From: Chiloscyllium plagiosum
Taxonomy: Eukaryota
Assembly (NCBI RefSeq): GCF_004010195.1
Contig: NC_057758.1
Location: 6,687,082 to 6,751,081 of the forward strand
Length of the DNA: 64,000 nucleotides
Reading direction: 5' to 3'
The translations under genes and the position numbers were made by a program. Shown one piece after another: positions 51,220-64,000 of the stretch (position 1 is its first letter; the number at the start of each line of letters is the position of its first letter). The notes beneath the pieces were generated by a model. The model was not told the DNA's origin. It searched no databases and saw only the letters and a list, made by a program, of their open reading frames with translations.

Positions 51220-52175
51220 ACTCGATGAGGAGTAGGCCGTTCTGCCTCTCGAACCTGCTCTGCTATTCAACAGGATTGTCTTTGTTCCAAAATTCTACTC
51301 ATCTATTTTCCTGCCTCTCTCTGTAACCCGTGATTCCACGACGGTCAAGAGTCTACCTATGTCAATCTTAAATTTACACAGCAATTCTCATAACAATGGC
51401 TCTCTATGACACGGCGTTCCAAATATTCACAAACTTTTGAGAGAAGAAATTCCTCCTCATCTCTATCTAAATTGATGCTTACTTACTCTGACTGTCTGGC
51501 CCCAGATTTCCCAATGCAGGAAAACCGCCTATCAGCGTTTGCCCTTTCAAGCACGCTTCAGAATCATTTGAGAACAACATTCATTCTCGAAACCTTCAGT
51601 GGATTGATCCCGACAGATTTAGGCTTTGATTGTGTGATACTCTCTTCAAACCCAAAATCATCCTCGTGTATCATCTCTGAACTGACGCCAATAAAACGAA
51701 ATTTTTCCTTCAATTCGATAACAAAACACTGTTCACTATTTTCGAGACATTGTCTCCCCAGCACCTTCAACAGTTATAGTCAGCTTTTCCTCTTGTGATA
51801 CTTCAGTTCCTTGAAAAAAGGGGTCAATATTCCATTAGCCTTTGCGGTTGCCCGCTGCCCCTCGGTGCTATGTTTTGTGCTTTGGGAACAAATCCACCAA
51901 AGCAGCATTCTGTTGCAGTTTTCTTATTACAATAATAATCTGCTGGGTTTGTTTTCTCCCTTCCAAAACGAAGGCCTTAAATTTTCACCGTTATCCAATA
52001 TTTGTCAATATTGTACACACTGACTTTAGCAATTAATATATTTCAATTAACTGTTGAGATCCTGCTCAAACATGGAATTTCACCAACCTTTATGTCGTCT
52101 GTAATTTTGGGGAATGCATGTCCACTTCCTTACTCCAAGTCATTAATACTGTGCTGGTTGAAATTTCCCAATATC
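51220..52175 (-). mobile_element. Old CR1 RT/3' end fragment (mirror copy at ~59970-60925, +)
   Basis: In the mirror copy: attaatgagttggag...aaaattgtagacgacataaaggttggt (IN.L..KF.DD.KVG) and aatggaatgttgaccc...ggaactgaagtat. Confidence 0.6.
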
Positions 52176-52233
52176 TCCCCTTGTCAGAGGTGTGGTGACT
52201 CTGAGGATAAACCACCACCAGTTGTCTCCCAAG

Positions 52234-52717
52234 TCTGACGATATTGCTCCTTTAACACGGTTATGTTGTAGTTGTTTTAGTTTGGGTTTGAGCAGTCTGG
52301 CTGTTCAGAGCAAGTAGTAAGTCAGTTTTGAGTCTGCTGGTCAAAGAAACACGTACATAGAGGAAGGTGTTCCATGCTGAATCTATCTGCCTCTCTCGCC
52401 TGTGGACACTGTGTGTTTTTCTCTTTTATTCCAAGGCCGTGTTTGTGGGGATTGTTGCAGTAATTTGCCATATCATTAAGTTGGGATAACCTGCTCAGTT
52501 TTCGGATCGGTTATGCCATTCTATGCTCTATTCACTATTGTTTGTGTTTCATTCGGTAATCTTGCAAATTATTTCCGTTTGGTTTAAAATTAAGAATTTT
52601 GGCCAACAGCATCACTCCTTGAATATGTTCTGTGAACCTGTTTCAAACAATTAACAATTTTAGGGTCTGGGCTTCTTTCTTGAACTATCTTGATGGGTTC
52701 TGGCCTGCTCCATAACA
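52234..52717 (+). mobile_element. Possible solo LTR, ~484 bp (mirror at 59432-59915)
   Basis: Starts tctgacgatattgctcctttaa and ends ggcctgctccataaCA; flanks caag/caat look like a mutated 4-bp TSD; no coding capacity. The 5' TG is not intact. Confidence 0.35.
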
Positions 52718-54294
52718 CAATAGTTAAACATTTTTGTTGTGTGCATATTATTTTCTTCGAAACGGAAATAGTCACTATCCTGTCGGACCCTCTTTGCCAA
52801 GTTGCTTTGAATCAAGATGTAATTACTTACTACCTGCTTTATAGCAAGCCATATGGAAAGCAAATGATATGTTGGTCTTAATTGCAATGGGAAGTCGGGA
52901 TGACTCACTGAAGTTATACAGGGCGTTGGCAAGACTATACTTCGGGATTTCTGTGTAGTTTGGACTCGCTAACCCAAAGAGGATTTTCACGCCATTGAAT
53001 GCTTATCTCGACTGCACTGGCATTCCATGAGAATGTGACAGTTCAGCTCATCTTGAATCGAATTTCCTCGCTTTTCTCCATAACTCTCGATTCCCCATCC
53101 TGATTAAACGTACTTTGGCAAACCCTTAAATATATTGAAGACCCAACATCAATAGCCCCTGTGGTCAAGAATTCCAAAGATTCACTGTTCTCTGAGACAA
53201 GAAATTCCACCTCAATCGGTGACCTATTATTATGAGATGATGCCCACTGGTCCTAGACTATACCATGAGAGAAACTGCGTTTCTGCATCAATCCTTTCGC
53301 GTCCCTTAAAAATCTTGATTTTTTCTGTTTTTTCGTGCAAGGGGTTCGGTGGAATCTACTCCACATGAATAGCCGCTCCTCCCTGAATTCAGCCTTGTGA
53401 ACCTTCTGGGAAGCAAGATTGGTAATTGGGCTGAGAGGCCGTGGGTGTGGTCAGGAGTGTGGTCCATCCCTTAGCCGTTCACATGCTGAACCAGGTCTCC
53501 AAGTAAAACGAGCGTTGTTTATCAGACTTCATGCTCAGCTGCTGTGGGCCCTGTCCCAGACTCAGACTGTCATCTAGCTCGATAGGAAAGATCTGAAGAA
53601 ATCATGGTGCCGCTGAGGAAGCTTCAGAATATTAGCAGTGAAAGACCGTGTTGATAAATATAAACTATTTCCACAGGTTGGAATTGAAGTCACAGATGTG
53701 CCAGAAAGAAATCCTGTAATTTCCTTAGTACGAACAGTGTGGGTCAACGTCCAGTATGTGAACGATGGTGGTTCAAGAAGGCAGTTCACCACCACCTTCT
53801 CAAGGGCAACTAGAGAATGCTGGGCTCAACCGGTGAAACGCATATTGCAATTTAAGCATTCGGGTCAGATCATTCAGGAAAGATGATAGAACACAATTCG
53901 ATTTCAATGAATAGTGAAGGCTTGGAGTGCTCTTATTTAAGTAGTAATGGATGCTATACCAATTGTTTATTTTAAAAATGAAATATACTTTTTCTTCATT
54001 CAGCATGGGGAACATGGTCATGGGCTTCGAGGGGGCATATAATGTTATCCTATAGATCATTGATAGGTTTATTGAGTGCTGGGCAGACTTGAGAGTTTGA
54101 ATGGCTCAGTGTTACTCCTTTGAAGATCATATCTGTTCATTCCATCAGCGTATCCTGCCTCACTAATTCCAGAAGAGATAATGGATTCCACTCAGAAATC
54201 CATCCATCGAAGTTCCTATCCTATCCAAAAACTGGACGCTCGCTTTAATTCTTATTGCAAATATTGCATTTGCATCTTATGCTCTTGCTCCAAA

Positions 54295-54422
54295 ACCACT
54301 TGATGAAGGAGCAGCGCTCCGGAAACTACTGATTCCAAATAAATCTGTTGGACTAATACCTGGTGTGAAATGAATTTTTCAACTTTGTCTACCCCAGTCA
54401 AACAACGGCTCCTCCACATTAT
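54295..54422 (+). mobile_element. Short PLE-type terminal repeat with a degenerate hammerhead-like core (mirror ~57735-57860, -)
   Basis: tTGATGA-A-GGAGC-agc-GCTCC-gGAAA...aataaatctgttggact...ccccagtcaaacaacggcctctccacat. Confidence 0.55.
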
Positions 54423-55849
54423 GACCACATTGAAGAGCAGCCTTGAAACCATCCCTCTTTGAGCAAGATTTGGTCAGCTATCCTCAGTCGAGATTTATGG
54501 TGCAGGAAGCGATTTGACACATTGTGTCTGTCCCTCTCCCTAAAAGTTCTACTCAGCCATTCCCATTCTCCAGCTGTATCTCCATAAACTTCCCAGTTTT
54601 TCCCTTTGAAATATATTTCCAGCTTTCTTTTGAAACCTTCTGTGGAACCTTTCTCCACCACCCACTCAAGCAGCGGTTCCAAATTCTAATAATTCTCTGA
54701 GGAAAGGAATTCCTGACTTACGGAGGTCGGGATCTGTACACTTCTAAGCCCGTCAAAATCACTAGTATCATGTCACCCTCTGTTGGCAAAATACTGAAGA
54801 CGTTAGAATCCCTCTGTTTCTTCACAGTGATGCACAATGCATCGATTTGAATTGGTATAATCAAAAGTAGGCCAGAATGCAGCCCTGCACACAATTCTAT
54901 TCTTAACAGCAGTTATTAGAACACACTTAAATAAATATGTACTGTTGTGACTCCCAATAAATGCTGGTTCTAACGGGGATGTAGCAATATCATTTTCTCT
55001 GGTTTTGTGCTGATCAGTGAGAGCACATGTGGACGTCTGATTGTGAACATCAATGAACATTTTTCTCTTTTTATTCTCTCTTCTTGATCGACGTATTTCA
55101 TGCATTTTCCAAGGAAGTTAGTGCAGTGGAGTATTATGTCACACCAGTGTTTTAATGATGGTCAATGGTTGTGGCCTGTACTTTGAAATACGATCTGTAC
55201 ATTTCTGACATCGAAGAAGAAACTACACCATGTAATGCTGCAAAATATCTGATTGTCCAACTGAAGTGATCCGTCATCTCAGCAATTCAGGTTCCATTCG
55301 ATAATGTCAATCAAATATGCCGTGAACCACTGATCGTTTTCGGTCATGTGATTAAAAACTTTGTGATACTGACAAGAATTCAGAGTCCGTGTCTCATTTC
55401 CCATTCAGATCAGTGACTTAACATAGTGACATGGTGGAAGGGGGAGATCAGGAAATGGCACGGTACATTAACGGCCTTCTCATTGCCAGAGTTTTGCTAT
55501 TCTGCAGGGCTTTGATGAGGTCACAGCTACATAACTGTGTGCAGTTCTGGTCACTGTACTGTAGAAAATATGTGCACACTTTGTGGAATATGCAGAAAAG
55601 GTTTAATAATTTAGTGTTTAGAAACAGTGTTTGTATTAATATGTGAACGTTGATTCCGGTTGATAACCTGGGGCTTTCAGAGAGCCCTGAAAGAAAGAAG
55701 TTGGCAGGGGATCCAATGTCTCCTCACTCGAGAGTCTTCCTCCGAGATGGTTGGCCACAACCAGTATACTGGTGACTTCGTGTGCAATTCTCTGTGCAGC
55801 TATTTCGACCAGGTGTTAACTGGGTTACAGTATACCAACTGTCAGATGA

Positions 55850-56085
55850 GGTTTTCGCTTGATTGTTGAAGGCTAGGCTGGGACGCTCATTTTTAGAGCT
55901 TTCGTCACCATACTAGGTAACATCCTCAGTGAGACTTCGGATGAAACACTGGTGGAATGCTCGCCTTCTATATGTGTGTTTAGGTTTCCTTGGGATTGGT
56001 TGATGTCATTCCCTATGGTGATGACATTTCCTGTACTTTTTCATAGCTGGTTGTAAATGGGATCCATTTCGATGTGTTCATTTTC
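55850..56085 (-). mobile_element. PLE 3' end of a further family, in the spacer of the inverted duplication
   Basis: Reverse strand EHIEMDPIYNQL* resembles a PLE ORF C-terminus, followed by CTGAGGA-T-GTTACC-tagtat-GGTGAC-GAAA. Confidence 0.6.
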
Positions 56086-56156
56086 AGAATTCCCAGAGAA
56101 GTTCTCTGTTCTAATGCAAAGAATGCCGACGTATCCAGTCTCTTTTCACAGACAAA

Positions 56157-56656
56157 NNNNNNNNNNNNNNNNNNNNNNNNNNNNNNNNNNNNNNNNNNNN
56201 NNNNNNNNNNNNNNNNNNNNNNNNNNNNNNNNNNNNNNNNNNNNNNNNNNNNNNNNNNNNNNNNNNNNNNNNNNNNNNNNNNNNNNNNNNNNNNNNNNNN
56301 NNNNNNNNNNNNNNNNNNNNNNNNNNNNNNNNNNNNNNNNNNNNNNNNNNNNNNNNNNNNNNNNNNNNNNNNNNNNNNNNNNNNNNNNNNNNNNNNNNNN
56401 NNNNNNNNNNNNNNNNNNNNNNNNNNNNNNNNNNNNNNNNNNNNNNNNNNNNNNNNNNNNNNNNNNNNNNNNNNNNNNNNNNNNNNNNNNNNNNNNNNNN
56501 NNNNNNNNNNNNNNNNNNNNNNNNNNNNNNNNNNNNNNNNNNNNNNNNNNNNNNNNNNNNNNNNNNNNNNNNNNNNNNNNNNNNNNNNNNNNNNNNNNNN
56601 NNNNNNNNNNNNNNNNNNNNNNNNNNNNNNNNNNNNNNNNNNNNNNNNNNNNNNNN
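56157..56656. other. Assembly gap (500 N)
   Basis: N run at the centre of the inverted duplication. Confidence 1.
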
Positions 56657-59600
56657 CTGCAGAATGGCAAAACTCTGGCAATGAGAAGGTCGTTAATGTG
56701 CTGTGCCCATTTCCTGATCCCCCCTTCCACCCTGTCACTATGTTAAGACACTGATCTGAATTGGAAATGAGAAACGGACACTGAATGCTTGTCAGTGTCA
56801 CTAAGTTTTTAATCACATGACCGAAAACGATTAGTGGTTCACGGCTTATTGGATTGACATTATCGAATGGAACCTGAATTGCTGAGATGACGGATCACTT
56901 CAGTTGGACAATCAGATATTTTGCAGCATTACATGGTGTAGATTCTTCTTCGATGTCAGAAATGTGCACAGCACATTTCAAAGTACAGGCCAGCACCTTT
57001 GACCATCATTAAATCACTGGTGTGACATAACACTTCACTGCACTAACTTCCTTGGAAAATGCATGCAATACGTCGATCAAGAAAAGAGAATAAAAAGAGA
57101 AAAAATGTTCATTGATGTTCACAATCAGACGTCCACATGTGCTCTCACTGATCAGCACAAAACCAGAGAAAATGATATTGCTGCATCCCCGTTATAACCA
57201 GCATTTATTGGGAGTCACAACAGTACATATTTATTGAAGTGTGTTGTAATAACTGCTGTTAAGAACAGAATTGTGTGCATTCTGGCCTACTTTTGATTAT
57301 ACCAATTCAAATCGATGCAGTATGCATCACTGTGAAGATACACAGGGATCGTAAAGTCTTCAGTATTTTGCCAACAGAGGGTGACATGATACTAGTGGCT
57401 TTGACGGGCTTAGAAGTGTACAGATCCCGACCTCCGTATGTCAGGAATTCCTTTCTTCAGAGAACTGTTAGAATTTGGAACCGCTGCTTGAGTGGGTGGT
57501 GGAGAATGGTTCCACAGAAGGTTTCAAAAGAAAGCTGGAAATATATTTCAAAGGGGAAAACTGGGAAGGTTATAGAGATACAGCTGGAGAATGGGAATGG
57601 CTGAGTAGAACGTTTAGGGACAAGGACAGACACAGTGTGTCAAATCGCTTCCTGCACCATAAATCTCGACTGAGGATAGCTGACCAAATCTTGCTCAAAG
57701 AGGGATGGTTTCAAGACCGGTCTTCAATGTGGTCATAATGTGGAGGAGCCGTTGTTTGACTGGGGGAGCCAAAGTTGAAAAATTCATTTCACAATAGGTA
57801 TTAGTTCAACAGATTTATTAGGAATCAATAGTTTCTGGAGCGCTGCTCCTTCATCAAGTGGTTTTGGAGCAAGAGCATAAGATGCAAATGCAATATTTGC
57901 AATAAGAATTAAAGCGAGCGTCCAGTTTTTGGATAGGATAGGAACTTCGATGGATGGATTTCTGAGTGGAATCTTTATCTCTTCTGGAATTAGTGAAGCA
58001 GGATACGCTGATGGAATGAACAGACATGATCTTCAAAGGGGTAACACTGAGCCATTCAAACTCTCAAGTCTGCCCAGCAATTCAATAAACCTATCAATGA
58101 TCTGAAGGATAACATTATATGCCTGCTCGAATCCCATGACCATGTTACCCATGCTGAATAAAGAAAAAGCATATTTCATATTTAAAATAAACAATTGGAT
58201 TAGCATCCATTACTACTTGAATAAGAGCACTCCAAGCCTTCACTATTCATTGAAATCGAATTGTTTTCTATCATCTTTCCTGAATGATCTGACCCGAATG
58301 CTTAAATTGCAATATGCGTTTCACCGGTTGAGCCCAGCATTCTCTAGTTGCCCTTGAGAAGGTGGTGGTGAACTGCCTTCTTGAACCACCACCGTTCACA
58401 TGCTGGAAGTTGACCCACACTGTTCGTACTAAGGAAATTACAGGATTTCATTCTGACACATCTGTGACTTCAATTCCAACCTGTAGAAATAGTTTATATT
58501 TATCAACACGGTCTTTCACTGTTAATATTCTGAAGCTTCCTCAGCGGCACCATGATTGCTTCAGATCTTTCCTATCGAGCTGGATGACAGTCTGAGTCTG
58601 GGACAGGGCCCACAGCAGCTGAGTATGAAGTTTGATAAACAATGCTCGTTTTACTTGGAGACCTGGTACAGCACGTGAATGGCTTAGGGATGGACCACAC
58701 TGATGACCACACCCACGGCCTCTCAGCCCAATTACCAATCTTGCTTCCCAGAAGGTTCACAGGCTGAATTCAGGGAGGAGCGGCTATTCATGTGGAGTAG
58801 ATTCCACCGAACCCCTTGCACGAAAAAAGAGAAAAATTCAAGATTTTTAAGGGACGCGAAAGGATAGATGCAGAAACGCAGTTTCCCTCATGGTATAGTC
58901 TAGGACCAGTGGGCATCATCTCATAATAATAGGTCACCATTGAGGTGGAATTTCTTGTCTCAGAGAACAGTGAATCTTTGGAATTCTTGACCACAGAGGA
59001 CTATTGATGTTGGGTCTTCAATATATTTAAGGGTGTGTCAAAGTACGTTTAATCAGGATGGGGAATCGAGAGTTATGGAGAAAAGCGAGGAAAGTCGATT
59101 CAAGATGAGCTGAATTGTCACATTCTCATGGAATGCCAGTGCAGTCGAGATAAGCATTCAATGACGTGAAAATCCTCTTTGGGTTAGCGAGTCCAAACTA
59201 CACAGTAATCCCGAAGTATAGTCTTGCCAACGCCCTGTATAACTTCAGTGAGTCATCCCGACTTCCCATTGCAATTAATACCAACATATCATTTGCTTTC
59301 CATATGGCTTGCTATAAAGCAGGCAGTAAGTAATTACATGTTGATTACAAGCAACTTGAGAAAGAGGGTCCGACAGGATAGTGACTATTTCCGTTTCGAA
59401 GAAAATAATATGCACACAACAAAAACTATTGCGTTATGGAGCAGGCCAGAACCCATCAAGATATTTCAAGAAAGTAGCCCAGACCCTAAAATTGTTAATT
59501 ATTTGAAGCAGGTTCACAGAACATATTCCAGGAGTGATGCAGTTGGCCCAAACTTTTAATTTTAAACCAAACCAAATTAATTTGCAAGATTACCGAATTA

Positions 59601-62600
59601 AACACAAACAATAGCGAATAGAGCATAGAATGGCATAACCGATCCGAAAACTGAGCAGGTTATCCCAACTTAATGATATGGCAAATTACTGCAACAATAC
59701 CGATAAACACGGCCTTGGAATAAAAGAGAAAAACACACAGTGTCCACGGGCGAAAGAGGCAGATAGATTCAGCATGGAACACCTTCCTCCATGTACGTGT
59801 TTCTTTCAGCAGCAGACTCAAAACTGACTTACTACTTGCTCTGATCAGCCAGACTGCTCCAACCCAAACCAAAACAACTACAACATAACCGTGTTAAAGG
59901 AGCAATATCTTCAGACTTGGGAGACAACTGATGGTAGTTATCCTCACAGTCACCACACCCCAGACAAGGGGAGATATTGGGAACTTTCAACCAGCACATT
60001 ATTAATGAGTTGGAGTAAGGAAGTAAACATCCATTCCCCAAAATTGTAGACGACATAAAGGTTGGTGAAATTCCATGTTTTGAGCAGGATCTAAACAGTT
60101 AATTGAAATAAATTAATTATTGAAGTCAGTGGGTACAATATTGACAAATATTGTGTAACAGTGCAAATTTAAGGCCTTCGTTTTGGAAGGGAGAAAAAAA
60201 AACCCAGCAGATTATTATTGTAATAAGAAAACTGCAACAGAATGTGGCTTTGGAGGATTTGGTCCCAAAACACAAAAAAGAGCACAGAGGGGCAGCGGGC
60301 AACCGCAAAAGGAAAATGGAATGTTGACCCCTTTTTTCAAGGAACTGAAGTATCACAAGAGGAAAATCTGACTATATCTGTTGAAGGTGCTGGAGAGACA
60401 ATGTCTCGAAAATAGTGAACAGTTTTTTGTTATCAAATTGAAGGAAAAATTTTGTTTTATTGGAGTCTGTTCAGAGAAGGGACACGAGGATGATTTCGGG
60501 TTTGAAGAGAGTATCACCCAATCAAAGCCTAAATCTGTCGGATCAATCCACTGAAGGTTTCGAGAATGAATGTTTTTCTCAAATGAGTCTGAAGCGTGCT
60601 TGAAAGGACACACGCTGATAGGCGGTTTTCCTGCATTGGGAAATCTAGGGCCAGACGGTCAGAGTAAATAAGCATCAATTTAGATAGAGATGAGGACGAA
60701 TTTCTTCTCTCAAACGTTTGTGAATATTTGGAACACCGTGTTATAGAGAGCTATTGTTATGAGAATTGTTGTGTAAATTTAAGATTGAGATAGGTAGACT
60801 CTTGATCCGTCGTGGAATCACGAGAGAGGCAGGAAAATAGATGAGTAGAATTTTGGAACAAAGACAATCCTGTTGAACAGCAGAACAGGTTTGAGGGGCA
60901 GAACGGCCTACTCCTCGTAGAGTATGAATTGAATTTTATTTTTCTTACTCACGCCTTCTGTTATAATACTTTCACCGATCAGATAGCAACAAATTTAAAC
61001 TTTGGAAAACTGCAGTGCTTTAGAAAAACCCAACTCGAAGGCGGAGAGGGAGGGGTTGGGATGGGCTTGAGGAATGACAAGAATTAGGAAGGCAAAAGAA
61101 ACCTGTTCACGACTCTCTCATCAATAAGGAGATCCAACGAGTCACTATATTGTAATCAGACAGGTTATTCAGTCATATGGGGGCACTCAACAATGTTCAG
61201 TTACTAGATTATCGGTATCAATACGATGGTTGCTCTGTTGAACGGCTGATATTTGGATACTGAGAAGTGTATAACATGTGTACCATCTGCAGTAAAACAG
61301 CATCTCATATAATACAATATGTAGGGTCAAGTAATTAATACATGGGCACTCGACAGTACACATGTATCAAATGTATTTATGATGTGATTCAATGTCTACA
61401 GTGCGGGGCACTGATATTTGAACATTCGACTGTCTGTCCCTGGGTATGGAAAACACGAGAGCAGAATGAGACGAAATATTTTACAGTCTTTACCATATGA
61501 AAATGAAGCCTTTTCTTATCCATGGGAGATAGAAATGAGCTTTGTGACCAGTGAGTCCGTGTTATAGGAACTCAACTAACAATAATAGGCAGTCTGCTGA
61601 GGGCTCTAATGATAACATAAAGTGTCCTCATCTTTTATCTAGGAGATCTGGGTTCATAGAGATGCAGAGCCAAAGAGCACAGAGACAGATACTTTGGCCT
61701 AAACTGGTCGACGCCAATCAAATTGTCAACCAACGTTAACTCCATTTCCCTTCACTTATCCAATATCCTTTGAAACATTTCCTATCCATGCGTTGCGTCA
61801 AGTGTATTTTAAATATTGTTAATGAAATTGGCCAACCACTTCTGCTGTCAGCTCATTCCATTTCTAATTATTACCACCCTCTGCGGAAAAAGTTTCCTCT
61901 CAGGCTCCCTTCTTTTTTCCCCTCTAAACTTAAATTTATTCCATCTGATCTTCAGGTGGACAATCGTGTGAAAGAGACTGAGTGCATTCACCCTATCCAT
62001 GTTTCTCAAGATCTTCTGCACTTCGATAAAATCCCCTCACAGTGTCCTGTGCTCTGAAGAAAAGAAGTACTAGCTTGTCCAATCTCTCCCTATAAAACAG
62101 ACCATTGAGACCTGGCAACATTATTGTGAATTTATTCTGCACTCTTTGCTGTTTAATAAAATCCTTTTTCTAGCAAGGTGACTAAAACTGAACAGAAATG
62201 CGACCAGAGCAAAGCCCCTTTGCAAATGACACCTGACTTCCAAACTTCTACACTCAATGCCCTGGCTGATGAAAGTAGATGTGCTGCAAGGCTTCTTCAC
62301 TGCCCTGTCTCTTTTTGACCAAATTTACGGTCAATTAATATTCATTGGATAAGCAATGGATGACAACGAAATAGTCATGGTTCCATGTGCTTCGGATTGG
62401 TTTCACAGATCGGTGCAAGATTGAATGTTGAAGAGCTGTACTGTGCTGTGATGTTCTGTGTTTATGAATATGCCTGTTCAGGATCAGGAGATTTTCCGAA
62501 TTCATACATTCTAATACATGAAGCATCTCCTCAACTGTGATATGGACTTTGCCAAAGATAGCACCAAAAACTTCCCTAAGTTCCCAAGTGTTAATATCTT

Positions 62601-64000
62601 TCTCCGCCGGAAACACAGACGAGAAATATTCATGGAGGACGTCGCCCGTTTACCCGCAGATCTGCATATTCATGATCGCTTAGTCCTTGACAGGTCACAT
62701 TTTCTCTCTAGTTGTTGATTTTTTCTTTAGTATACTTAAACCACCTCTTTGGATTCATCTTAATCTGCTTAGCCAAGTCTATCTCGTGCTCCCTTTTCGC
62801 CACACTGTTGTTCTTCCTCACCAAACTCCTGTATTCCCTATATAGCATCTGAGATTCCTTTGATCCCAGGTGTCTCTACCTGATCTATACATCCGTCTTT
62901 TTTTTTTGCTCGAATCCGCAATATTTATTGTCATCCTGTGTTTCTTATTCTTGTCCGTGTTATCCTTCACCCTCAGAATAATATGTGGACCTTAACCTCG
63001 AACAATCTCAGTGTGAAAGTCCTCCCACTTCCTGGAGGTCCCTTTTGCTCGCAACAAAATATTGCAACCAACTCTAGCAAGCTCCCTTCTAAATCCATCA
63101 CAATCCACCTTGCCCCAGTTTAGAAGTTGAACTGTGGACCGGTTTTCTCCCTCTCTCTAATTATTGTAAAATCAATAGAACTATGGTCAGTCGTCCCAAC
63201 GTACACGGCCACTGTCATCTCCATCATCTCCTCTTGAAACCACGGAAGGACAAAACCAATATTAAAGTGTGCGGCACTGTTTTCTTTTGAAGTTAGTAAT
63301 TGCTGCTCATTGTTGGGACCATTGTTGACATGGGAATAAATCTACAGACTCTCTTTACACCCACTAAAATTCTACAGGGAGTGATGCGTTTCGATCTTTG
63401 AAAGAGGCTGAATGATTTGTCCCTTTTCTTTTCCAGCTGGTTTTGCTGTGACTTTCATTTTTGATAACATATCGGCTTTCAGGCGTACATGACTGATTAA
63501 GCTTTCAGCTCTAGTTCTCATGGCATGTTCCAGGCAACCAAACTTGAAAGAATTTTTCACATTTCTGAAATCCGCCTCCTCGCAGTTCCCATTGGTGCAT
63601 CACGACCAGTAACTGAATCTCACCCAACCACGAGAAGCAGACCTCGAGATTTACCACCAGTACTCTGGCACCAATAAGAAACTCTCGAACAGACCAGCCA
63701 ATTCTTCACTAACCTTGGGAGCTGAGTGTGTGAAATTGCAAGTTTTGTCTCCCAGATTAAAACATTGACATTACTCATGAGTTATTACACGTCTATTCAA
63801 CATTCTAAGACACCTTAAGATTCTTGCCAACTTCCGCCCTCATCAGTATTTCGCGAAATCACACTACGTTCGTTTCTGTATTTGGTTCAAATGCTCCTCC
63901 TTGTCTTATTCCTTTCTAACAGCAGCTGCAAACAGTCGTTCAATTTGAAACATTCATGTCAGGGCTATTGTGTCCATGTTGAGGCAGGGTCGCTGGATTG
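56657..64000 (-). repeat. Inverted segmental duplication, right arm (runs off the window)
   Basis: Mirror of 48453-55507, with an extra ~304-bp segment at ~61204-61507. Confidence 0.95.

Larger units (their letters stand above)
48453..55507 (+). repeat. Inverted segmental duplication, left arm (may extend further left)
   Basis: Reverse complement of 56657-64000: 48453 pairs with 64000 and 55507 with 56657. There are 7 mismatches in the outermost 100 bp. Mirrored ORF pairs appear in the ORF track (e.g. 49823-50104 + and 62335-62616 -). Confidence 0.95.

Noticed and set aside
48894..55105. Short ORFs retained in both arms of the inverted duplication as conserved genes
   Set aside because: Retention is expected at ~93-95% nucleotide identity; several have frameshifting indels between arms (e.g. 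52590-52932 vs 59224-59559) or derive from TEs.

Overview
Eukaryotic, repeat-rich genomic DNA, most likely from a cartilaginous fish (shark). This is inferred from the HE1-type V-SINEs, CR1 LINEs with an esterase ORF1, abundant Penelope-like elements (PLEs) and a GPR139-like gene. The window has five N-gaps, three of them exactly 500 N. Only one intact protein-coding gene is supported: a two-exon, 326-aa class A GPCR of the GPR139/GPR142 group (31205-31274 joined to 31881-32791, +), whose first exon the ORF track misses. Most other ORFs are decayed retrotransposon fragments or noise. Larger-scale structure: (i) a diverged direct segmental duplication, 1-4901 vs 6541-10891; (ii) a diverged inverted duplication of at least 7 kb, 48453-55507 vs 56657-64000, around a gap; (iii) a ~1.8-kb degenerate 54-bp tandem array (44087-45876) that appears to have grown from an internal piece of a SINE; (iv) several PLE termini carrying minimal hammerhead-ribozyme motifs, hairpins and target-site duplications (TSDs). 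All family assignments come from recognising motifs by eye; no searches were run, and most TE boundaries are approximate.
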